From: Marsupella aquatica
Taxonomy: Eukaryota; Plantae; Marchantiophyta
Assembly (NCBI GenBank): GCA_973895155.1
Contig: OZ316892.1
Span: 13,575,270 to 13,639,269 of the forward strand
Length of the DNA: 64,000 bases
Direction of reading: 5' to 3'
Shown here: positions 26,547 to 37,541 of the stretch, in pieces
How positions within the stretch are numbered: position 1 is the first letter of the stretch
Layout: each line of letters begins with the position of its first letter
Position numbers and translations under genes: made by a program
Notes under the pieces: generated by a model
Database searches by the model: none
What the model saw: the letters and a program-made list of their open reading frames with translations, nothing else
Told to the model about the DNA's origin: nothing

Positions 26547-29500
26547 ATGCTGGATTGTCCAGTTGATGGGGAATGTCTGGAATGGGTGCACAAGTACCTG
26601 AGGGACTGTGTGTGCGATTTCCGAGACAAGATTTCCCTGTCCCTCGGACTTCTGAGCGTTTTCAGCTGGGGTGTGGCTGAGGTGCCCCAGATTATCACCA
26701 ATTTCAAAGAGAAGAGTACTGAAGGAGTCTCGCTTGCATTTTTGATGACCTGGGTTGTGGGGTGAGTATGTCTGTCTCAAATCTTTTCCCCGCCTCATCT
26801 GCTGTGACTCATGTGGTGAACAGTCTGGCGTGGACTAACCAGGCAGGCTCGTATCCGATTCTTCCCATGCGAGCTTTCTACCCTTTCCAGATATGCTTTA
26901 CCGCATCGATATCTTTTGAATCAGTCTTGCTATGGTGCGATTTTACCGGCATTGAAAGTTTTCGAATCCGTTTCGGTGGTATAGAATCTTCACATTGTCC
27001 TGGGTAGGCCTTCTATGACGGTCTTGCGCGAGAAAAGCGTGTCCAGCCCAATCAAGTATTTGAGAAAAGTAACGCCTACAAGGAAGACAATGTCTAGTAC
27101 ACATTTGAACAGTCCACTCTTTCGAGAAAATTAAGCACAGAACGTTTTTAATGCTGTGCAGTTCAGTGACTATCAACTAAAGAGAGTGAGTGCCTAGTAC
27201 TAGCGTGTACAGTACAGTTCATTCCTGCCGGGTACGAACCAGATCAAAGAGAAACGGGGAATCGAGAGAGCTCTAAGTCAGCATTTTAATCTAATCTCGA
27301 GAAATCATATTTCGGTCGTTCACCTCTGGTCGTTTCAGCCTGTGCTGTATTCGAAATGAAGGAAGTCGAGTGTGAACGACAGGTTTGTGCTTCCCTCTCA
27401 CAGAAAAACGGTGCATCGCGTTTAGGCCACTGAACGACGATGAGGAGTTGCTGGGAAGATGCACAATGTGTGCGGGCCGGGCCGAGACGGGCATCGTAAG
27501 GGACCCAGGATGAGTTAGAGTTAGAGTTAGTGTGAGAGCTTGTGAGTTGGAATTTGTAAGCGTCAGAAGGATAGGTCTCCGAGAACGGTCGACGTGACGG
27601 TGACTCCTCTGCTACTTTCTCCTGGAGGATATTAACCCCGTGCTTTGTACCGTAGACGAAGGGGGAAAGGCTTCCCCAGTTGAACCCGAAATCCGCCTTA
27701 ATTGGATTGCTTTCCACCTCGAAAGTTCTGTTTTATTGAACAGCAAAAAAACACAGACAGAGCGCACAAGGCACCCAATAGCTCCCCGCACGGGGAAATT
27801 GGATACCTTTCTACTTGACCTCGTGATATGCAACAGTCCACTGGCAGCTTTGTAGTTATTGATGATACTGAATCATAATTTTTTTCGGCGCAGGGATGTC
27901 TTTAATCTCGCTGGCTGTTACTTGGAGCCAGCCACTGTAAGTTTCAGCCACTCCGTAAACCAGTCAGTCTCCTGCCAACGTTGCACAACGCGAGATGTAG
28001 ATGTTTCTGACACACGAGAATTTGACATTGATGCGCCTGCTTTCTCATTGTTACATTGTGTTTTGTGAAACTGATGTACTTGCGTGCTGTGCGTTTGCCA
28101 TCTGTGCCATGCGTGATCAATTCTTGCTCTCACGCACAATAATGCAGCTCCCCACACAACTCTACATGGCTCTGGTAAGTCCTCTGGGTCAATCTTTAAT
28201 CAAGGGCTTGCATCCGCTATTCTTAGTCTCTACAACATGGATCGGAAATTGTAAGTGTATTCATCTCACCTACTATCGTCGGGTGATGTGCTTCATTTCC
28301 TTAGCCTGATTGTTGCCGTCACTCATCCTCTGTGATTTTGTCTTGGCCGTACTACCGTGGTTAGTGGAGTTGTAGTATTACGCAGACAAGTTTTATTTGG
28401 TGAGACTTTGCTTCCCTCAGATTATAATAGCACCTTGGATGACTGCAGCTGTATACAGCGACGACAATCATCCTAGTCCTTCAAACAATTTATTACGACT
28501 ACCTGCGCTTATACTTCTTCCCACAGTTAGAGCAAAAGCCTGGCGAAGAACCTGAGGTGAGTTTCATGATTGTACACTTTAGTGACTTACTGCTGACCTG
28601 CTGAGACCGGACAACGTACTCATTTGCTACAGTTGTCGCTGTAAGTTTCTTTTGCGATCGGAGTCTGATATTTTGTCTTACTCAGAGTTTATTAGACGGG
28701 ACGTATGGAAGAACTGAGGCTTGCATTGGGTTTCACCAAGTGTTGATCTAGACCTAATTCACATATTGCTTTCTCGTGTCAATTGACTGGGTTGCGTGTA
28801 GAAAGTGGCAAAGTTTGATGAGGAAACCATAAGTATTCCCGGGGCAGGTAGCTCCTCACCTGAACTCGACGGCACGCCGCCCTCCTCCACCATCAATGTT
28901 CCCCGCGCTCGCAGAACTTCCAGCAGAGATCTGTACTACATGTAGGGCTGCTCTTCTTAATCTTTCTTCCACCTAGATCTCTTTTTCATTCCTTCGAAAG
29001 TGGCTTCGTCGTGGAGTCAAGTTTTCCAGGTGAGAATTGTCGCTACTGCCAAAATTAAGAGGAAGCTGGTAAAAGTGCACCTGTGAGAGTCTCATCTGCT
29101 TAACTTTCATTTCCGGGTAGAAGGAGTTCTCCTCGGGATCATTTTCCAGGCGGCCGGTGCTACGGACTTGTACATACACACTGGTGGACTTGTTTCTTAG
29201 ATCAATTCTTACAGTATGCAGTGGAAAGGAGAATCTGGTTGGGACTTTCGGAAAGTTTAAACGCCGAAGACCTTTGTGGATATTGGTGGATGTGAAATTA
29301 TATTCTACTGGTAAAGTCACGTCATGAAAGGAACCGGCATATCAGTGGAGCCAGGGGACACTTCATGTCATGTGAACAAGGCAAACCCAGAACATTTGTT
29401 ACCACATATATCTGGCCACATATATAATGTTGCGGCTCGTGTGGTGATCAATCTGCGGGTCACCGAGACAGCTGCACTTTTCTTCGGAAACTCAATGCTG

Positions 29501-31725
29501 AGAAGATTGCAGGCCAAGAACAAATTGAGTTACTGCGGATAATATATCAAGCAAGCCGCGACATGAATTGAGGGGCAGGAAGGTTGTGATAGTCTCCGTC
29601 TCTAAAATGTGTAATTGATGAATCTTGCAGGTCGGCAAGATCTCTGGCGAGTAGCTACACACCAACAGTAGGCTCTTACTTCGTGGGTTCTCGGGAATCT
29701 GCGGGGCAGACTCAAGGCTTTTTGCGACCTTCACACGGTTCCGTAGCAGCGCAGGAATATCCAGCTCATGGCTCTGTTTCTCGTGGTAATTCTGTATCAA
29801 GCACCTCAGCAGGATCCTTGGCACGGACTGTAAGCGCTTTTTTGCTGCTGTTCTTCGACTCCTTCTCTGCAGGCTATCTATCTGTTAACGTCAATTTGGA
29901 TTCGCTTAGAAGTGTTTAGTGCCTCGTAATTCCTCTTTTTCAATTTTGAATGATGCCACGACCCTAACGGACACCGGAATATCTAAAATCGCTGCATGCT
30001 CTTCTTATTTCATCTATGTGCAGGCTGCAGCGAGTGTCTTACTCGTGGGGACAATTGGATTGAGCTCCAACTTCCTGTCAGGTGGGTCGCCGTATCAAGC
30101 CGGCAGACGAGTTCTTCATTCAGGCAGAAGCTCATTGCAGGTGAACCTTGCGCTGGTCTTCAATTGTACTTATGGGAAGGGCGGGGGTAGCTGGGGGGTA
30201 AGATTGGGGTGTGTGAGGATGTCCCTGATTTTCTCTGACTCGAGCAATGGTTGGGGAGTCTATTGGGACTCAATCCGTCAGAGGTAATAAGAACAAAAGG
30301 AGAGCATGTACTGACGTGTTGAGATTAGCACCTGCAAGAAACCGAATTTCTCCGGTCAAAGTCTTACGCCTGTTTCCATTTCTCTAATTATCTCGTAATC
30401 ACTTCACCCTGTGCTTCAACAATGTATTAGTACCTCGTATACAATTATTGGAAGTTAAGAATTTGTTCTACGCGTGTCGAAGCAGACAAGTGGGTCCAGC
30501 GTTAACATCATCGCCAATTATCTGAAAGAAGCGCAACCGAACTCTCCGTGGGGAGAAATTTTTGGATGGTGCATGGCTGCCATTTATATGGGTGGTCGAT
30601 TACCTCAAATTCTGCTCAACGTGGGTGCCATCTGACCTTAGTACCATGCATCATTCGAATCCTGTGAGATCTATTATTGTGTATTTGATTAGCGTCTCCT
30701 TCCACAGTACGCCCCTTGGAATCGTCCAAGACTGAACTGAAATATAAATGTTGTGTTACTTTGTTTCAAATGTTCGAACACAAGTATCTTTACTAACTAT
30801 TTGTTTTCAATCTGTTCTTGTTGTCCTATGACCATCATTTAGATCAAGAGGGGAACGGTGGAGGTCAGTGATATACATCCGAGACCCGTTTGGCTTGGTT
30901 TTTGTGGTTTTGCTTTACTACGGTTTTGAAATTGCGGGTGGGATTAGACTACAGTGGTGGGTCCATTCCTCGAAACTTTAAGTCCCGTAGGCTGGTGACA
31001 CTTATTCACCCGCAATGGTTCATTTCTTTGCAAAATCTAACGTCACTGATGTTCCAATGCAGGGTCTCAATCCACTCATGTTCATATTTGCGCTCGTGGG
31101 TAACGCCACTTACGTTGGCAGGTATGATGTCAGGCGCCAGTCATAATATTTAATTCCATGTTAGGATTAGTAGTATTTTTATGGCTATTCCAACACTAAA
31201 CAGAAATGCGCCTTCATGATCGTCAAGGTTTATCTTTTTTGCTTTGGCATGTGTGCAGCATCGTTGTGAGGACCTTGGAGTGGACGAAGATTAAACCAAA
31301 TATGCCCTGGCTAGTGGACGCTGGAGTTTGTGTTTGCCTTGATTTCTTCGTATCCTTTCTTCAGATTGCTTTCATTCTTCACTTTCCTTCGTGCGTTTAT
31401 GACCTTGAAGGTAGCCTATCTGCTTTGGGTTGTTAGAGTCCTGAATTCCACTCCAGTTTGATTGTATACCCTTTGAGCAGATTCTTGATTGGATGTGTCC
31501 AAAGTAACCTTGCCGATCTGCTAAGCAAGAGTTGTTACGAAAAGTAGATAGATAGTGAGTGCTTGATGTTTCTTGGGGAAAATCTAAAGCTTTCGGCTCT
31601 TGTTCTGTCCTTGACCAAACTCACGTCAGATCATCTGCCAGTTTGTATACTATGCGACCCGAGCAAAACGGGAAGACTCAGAGGAGGAAGAGGACACGAA
31701 GGGAAGCTACGAGTTAGTTAGGTAG
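26547..31725 (+). CDS. PQ-loop repeat vacuolar/lysosomal cationic amino-acid transporter (PQL/YPQ/PQLC2 family)
   Basis: In-frame exons 26547-26761, 27894-27936, 28148-28174, 28449-28556, 28802-28941, 29631-29829, 30024-30140, 30486-30620, 30843-30863, 31063-31121, 31259-31349, 31630-31725. PQ motifs WGVAEVPQIITNF..EGVS and YMGGRLPQILLNIKRGTVEGLNPLMF. Confidence 0.93.
31350..31629 (+). other. U12-type (minor spliceosome) GT-AG intron
   Basis: 5' splice site GTATCCTTT; branch site TCCTTGAC at 31608-31615, close to the AG; no polypyrimidine tract. Confidence 0.9.
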
Positions 31726-33323
31726 CCATAATGTCCATATCATATCAAAGAAGTCTGATGTATTCATGCAATTTGTGGAAATGTGAACCAATTGTGATCT
31801 TGCAACCTGTTCTACCCCGTGCTAGCAGTTTACACTGTGGAGGGGTGTTTCTCATACTTTACATAAGTGATTGCTCTCATATCGAGATCATGTTATGGAC
31901 CCATGACAAGTTCTTTCCAAAACTCCTGGCCAGCTTTGACAAACAAACATGATTATTTGTGTTTGTTGTGATATCAGCAAAAATAGTTTAACCTGGAAAT
32001 GGTACAAAGTCAAGAAATTGATAATAAAATATATAATACGAAGCCAACAGGAAGAAATGATCTATTGGAAATGTTTTATTTATTTTTTGAATTATATTTC
32101 ACTTTTTTGCTTAAATTTAATTCTTTTACTCAAACAATAATTACCTGATGACGAGTTAATTTGTGACACATTTGATCACTAAGAAAGAGGACAATGATAC
32201 ACAGTGGTCATGAGAAAAGATGTCATTTGGTTTTTTATTGATAAATGAAATCAAATGTTGATCGCATCTAAGCAATCAACTGAAGAAATTGAGAAAAACT
32301 CAAAAGAAAACCATGAGTTTGGATTTGTGGTACAAAATAAAGAAAAAATGGGTGAGATAGGGGTGGGCAAGGGGGGGAAATGAATTTGGGTTGCAAGTCT
32401 TCATTTAGTTGAACTAATTGAGTTGAGCTTTAGTTTAGGGTCAGCCAGTAATTATTGAAATTTGATATATTCATTTATCAAATGGATCAAATCCTAGTAG
32501 TGAGGCAATGTGGTAGGTTTTTCTGTTTGCATGAATTGCAATGAAAATCCAACAAGGGGGATTGGCAGCAGAAAATACAAAGGATGTAACCATTCATTCA
32601 ATCTTCATGTGTCACAACATGCTAAGGTTTTGGAAATTATGTATATTCTATTCCTTGGGACACCTTGTTGACATTGTCAAAGCATCCATAGCATGTATCA
32701 TGTGTCATACATCATCCAAAGCATTATTCGTAAATTAGTTTGATGACCCCTTGTTTATGTAAGCTTGTTTTATTGATCTATTTGGAACACAGAAGAGTTG
32801 CACATTGGAATAGATAAATAGATGAGAGTACCAAGATTAAATGGAGGATTCTAAATGAAGTGAGTTTTACAGGTAGTTGGAACAATTTCATTGAAGACAA
32901 ATATGAAAATATTCATGGTAATATGGAGGGTAATACTTCATGCAAAATGTTTCCCTTGGTACCTCTAAGTCTATACACTATATGGAACATTCCATACACT
33001 TCATGCAAGATATTATTTTGTCCATAGTAGTTGAAGGGTCTTAGAGTCCCTTGGTATTTGTATGCCCATAGAGTTATGGAATTTCTTATGTTTGCTAGTT
33101 ACTCCTCTATCCAGAGTATCCAAAGGATTTCCTAAGTTAACTTGGTAAATGTTAGAGAAGTTAAAAAGTTTCTTGTGTTTTTACTTTACCTTGGTAAATG
33201 TTAGAGTAGCTGAAGAGCTTTCTATTCATCATTACTTTAAAAAATTATATACTAAATAGAAAATCCAAAGAGGTTACCAAAAATCACTGATATATCAATC
33301 ACAACTCATTCAAAGGTTATTTT

Positions 33324-33826
33324 CTTTCACCCCCATTTTACCCATTTCTTTGTTTATTTGAAATGTTACTTTGCACTATTCCATTGTTTTTACACTTACG
33401 AGGTCTAACTGTTTTTATTTGACTTGTCTCAAACACAAATAGTCAAATTTGGTTCTTCTTGCATAACTAACCGTGTTTGTTTGTGGCCAATATTGTTGAT
33501 GTGGCTACACATGCATCCAAGAATTTTGGAAGGAGGTTCCCATGGAGGTTTGTAATTACAAAGTAGCAAAAATACGAGAGCATGTATTAGTTTCTTCACT
33601 GACCCAAATGGAAGTTCCTTCCAAAATCCCTAGAAGCATGTGCAATCACATCAACATTAGTGGTCACAAACAAGAACTATTCAGTAGGCAAGAAGAACTA
33701 AATCTGACTATTTGTGTTTGAAGCAAGCCAAAGAAAAACAGTTAAACTAGGTAACTCTAAAAACAATGGAAATTTTTTAAAATAACACTTTAAATAAACA
33801 AAGAAATGGTTGAAAAGGGGGGAAAG
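33324..33826. repeat. Long imperfect inverted repeat (foldback/MITE-like), ~220-bp arms and ~60-bp spacer
   Basis: Reverse-complement pairs include ccatttctttgtttattt/aaataaacaaagaaatgg, caaacacaaatagtca/tgactatttgtgtttg and attttggaagga/tccttccaaaat. Confidence 0.85.
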
Positions 33827-34558
33827 ACAATACCTTTGCCTCAGCCTGTGCTTTTGCCCTTGCTAAGGGCTGTCTTGCATGTGATGGTCCTTGGAATTTT
33901 AGCCCTCTACATTCCCAAACATGCAGGGAAAAGGTAGATTTTGTTTGTCCACAAGATCTTTGTAATATTGTGTGGGATTTGTTCTTGTAAAGTAAAATAA
34001 TTTGTTTGTCTTGAAGGAAAGGGTTGGAATCGTTGCAGCCCTTGCCCTTAGATTTCTTCAAATGCTGTTGTCAGGCCTACCTAGGGAAATGAGACAGCCA
34101 TGAAACATTAGCTCAATGATAAGATGACATGAGTGAATGAAAGGGCCATTTTTCAAGGACCGTGCACATGCAAGACGGCCCAAAGTGATGCTGATCCAAA
34201 TTGGACAGGTGTGGCACTTCACCAGAAAAGAAAAACATGAATCATGCTTCTTTCCATTTCTGTTTGTACTCAATTTTTGTCACTGCACCCAAAAGTTTTA
34301 GTAGATGTTCCTCCATCCACTCTTTCCCCATTTTACAGGTTGTTTGCGCAAGGCTGATTGGGGTCGCAAGAGGTTGACCAGGGGCCAAAACTCTCTTATG
34401 CCGCCCTCGTGAGGCCCCGAGTTGTGCACACTAGCAAACCATGCTAGTCTCAGTCCAACCCTTGGACCTGTACTAGCAAAATGCATAGATTGAACTAGGT
34501 GTGGTCTTTAGGTGTGTTCATTGTAGATATAGGCATCAAGCTCTTGCTACCATTTGAG

Positions 34559-36891
34559 TGTTGAGCATAGACGACAATCGTAACGGCAAGCCCATGAACC
34601 ATCCAACGCACAAGAGTCGACATAGAGAGATACGTAGTTCACCTCCACATGAGGCTACGTCCAAGGGAACACACATGAGCTTTACTGCACTCTAGACCGA
34701 CCGGCCATACCAAGCATCCACAACGCAAGCTCTCTCTATCTCTCAACTAACTCCGTAACAATGAGCCTGAGTTCCCCCTCTCCAAGCAAACACCGCTTGG
34801 TTATAGAGTGTGCACAACATGACTAACCTAACCAAGTCTGCGACTAAGGTTAGCCTTAACTACGATATATTCATAACTCTAGACCTAAGAGTAAATCCTA
34901 ACAATCTCCCCCTTGACTCTGGTCTAGGGGAGGGTAAAGACTGCTACCAATATGACTGCTCAATGGGAAGTTCTGGAAAGAAAAACCAAACCGGTTTTTC
35001 CCTCTTTATACGAGAGTAGACCAGAACTAAGCCGTAGCCTATACAAGGAATGAGCAAGAGCATATCTCAGTATCTACACAAATGTTAAGTAACCCTACTT
35101 GTGAGGCAATTGCAAAACCTGCAACGCATCACGGTGTCTAGAAAAACTCTCCAAAGGAATCACTTTGGTAAAAGCGTCAGCCAGGTTGAGTTTACCGTCA
35201 ATCTTGACTAGCTCAAACATATTATCAGACACAGCCTGCCTGATAAAATGGTACCTGACGTCGATGTGCTTCACTCTACTGTCCATCACCTGGTTCACAG
35301 CAAGGTGGAGTGCACTTTGACTATCACAATGGAGCTTCACATTCCCCTATGGCAATCTCATCTCAGTGATAAGTCTATCCAACCAAATCGCTTCCTTTGT
35401 TGCTTCCGCTGCTACAACATACCCGCTTCTGTAGTAGACTGAGCAATATACTTTTGCAAAGTAGACCTCCAACTTATGCATCCACCTCCAAGTGTGAACA
35501 CATAACCTGTTGTTGACCTCCTCCGATCCAGATCCTGTGCATAGTCAGCATCTACATAGCCCATCAATGATCTAGCATTATCAGCATGTGCATCAAACAA
35601 TAGACCATGATCCACGGTACCATTCAAATACCAAATAATCCACTTCACTGCTTCCCAGTGTACCTTCCCTGGATTCGACATGTACCTGCTCACCTTGCCC
35701 ATAGCCATGGCAAGATCAGGTCTAGTGCAAGTCATCAAATACATGAGACTCCCCACTGCCTTGTCATACGGAACCTTTGACATCAACCCCTTCTCTGTCT
35801 CATCCGTAGGATAGAAAGCTGATGACAACTTGAAGTGTGGAGCCAACGGGGTATTTACTGGCTTGCTATCCCCCATGTTGAACCTTGCAATTACCTTCCT
35901 CGCATAACTGCTCTGCGTCAACCATAGCTTACCAACCTTCAAGTCCCTAGTGATCTCCATACCCAAAATTCTCTTAGCTAGCCCTAAGTCCTTCATCTTA
36001 AACTCTGCACTAAGCAGTGCCTTGAGCTTAACAATATCAGACCTATCATTGGCCGCAATAAGCATGTCATCCACATAAAGTACTAAAACAATGAACCCAA
36101 AAACAACATTCTTCACCGATTTAAGATACACACATGGGTCAAACACACTCCTGTGAAAGCCTTGTGCATGGATCCAATCATCAAACCGCTTATTCCACTG
36201 TCTTGGTGACTACTTCAACCCGTACAAGGATCTCACCAATCTGCAAACCAAATCCTCTTGCCCTTTCTTCACAAAACCTAGCAGTTGTCTCATGAAGATC
36301 ACCTCTTCCAAGATGCCATAGAGGAAGGCTGTGACAACATCCATCTGATCTAGCAGCAGACCAAACATAACAACAAGCACACACAATAGCCGTATTGTTG
36401 AGTACTTAGCAACTGGTGAGAAGACCTCATTGTAATCCACACCTTTTTCCTGTGTGAATCCCTTGGCTACCAACCTAGCTTTGTAGACCTTCGATCCACC
36501 TCCTATGGATTGATCCTTCAGCTTGTATATCCACTTGCTGTCCCTCAGGCAGCTTGACAAGCTCCCAAGTTTTGTTGTCCTTCAGTGACTGCATTTCCAT
36601 TTTCATTGCTACAGCCCACTCTTGCTTCTCCTTTGAAGCACTTGCTTCATGAAATGAAGAAGGTTCCCCTTCTTCCAAAATCAACGCGTCACCCTCATCA
36701 TCAGTAACAAAGTCCTCTTGCAATTGAGATGAATCAACCCACTGTCCATACCTTGGTGGAGCGCGTATAGTGCGACCAGATGCTCTTCTAGCCGATGACT
36801 CCGGTTGATCTGCGTGTGCTCGTACAATTTGAAGCTCAGCAGCATCCACTTGCTACTCACCAACATCAACAAACTCCTCTGGTTTCTCTGG
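34559..36891 (-). mobile_element. Truncated Ty1/copia element C, same family as A: 3' LTR, RNase H, RT and part of the INT linker
   Basis: 345-bp LTR at 34559-34903 nearly identical to the A LTRs, PPT present, pol near-identical to A 11877-13700. Ends abruptly at the TIR of element D and does not resume. Confidence 0.95.
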
Positions 36892-37356
36892 CACCTCGGG
36901 GGTCTCACTATATGGAGGACCCCCCCATCACCTGCGACGTTTTCATGCCTAGACCCCCATACTTATTAAGTTGAAAATTTTTTTTCCTCCCTCTTTCTTT
37001 CTTCTAAGAGTCTAAAATCCAAATTGTATTGCCCCTATAATTTGTGAAGTAAAGTGTCACATATCAATATAAAATGCCTAGAAAGAAAAGATAAGTCTAT
37101 GTCAGTACCTTGTGAAGTCGTATGTCAGACATGGCACGCCCTGCAACAGTTCTTGCACCTTTGTCGACCTTAAACTTTGATCATTTCAATGCATCATTTA
37201 TATTGTGTACCTAAAAGGTCATCCCAATATAAATCTTACGTGCATAAGTGGGATGGCCTTTAAGGTCACAACATAAATAATCCATTCCACCCATTGATCA
37301 CCAATCCCATGCTCCATCCATACTCCATTTAAAACTTATGTTGAGAGATGTAACAT

Positions 37357-37415
37357 GTGACGGAGGGGAATTGAACCCCTAATTGAGAAAGGATCTCAAG
37401 TTGCCAATCCGTCAC
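37357..37415 (-). ncRNA. D-armless tRNA-like structure with B-box; possible A-box at 37428-37440
   Basis: Minus strand reads GTGACGG ATTGGCAAC TTGAG-ATCCTTT-CTCAA TT AGGGG-TTCAATT-CCCCT CCGTCAC: perfect 7-bp acceptor stem, 5+7 anticodon-like arm and canonical T arm. Confidence 0.6.
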
Positions 37416-37450
37416 CCCCTATCCTATCCCACTACACCCACTAATATTAA

Positions 37451-37529
37451 CAAAATAAAATATATATACAGACTCTCAAAAACTAAACAACAAAATAAAA
37501 CATATATACAGACTCTCAAAAACTAAACA
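37451..37529. repeat. 40-bp tandem duplication in the transposase 3' region
   Basis: caaaataaaa(t/c)atatatacagactctcaaaaactaaaca occurs twice. Confidence 0.9.
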
Positions 37530-37541
37530 GTAACATGATAT

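Noticed and set aside
37357-37415. Functional tRNA-Arg(CCT) gene
   Set aside because: No D arm, a 2-nt variable region and an atypical anticodon loop (A32, T37); kept only as a tRNA-like structure.
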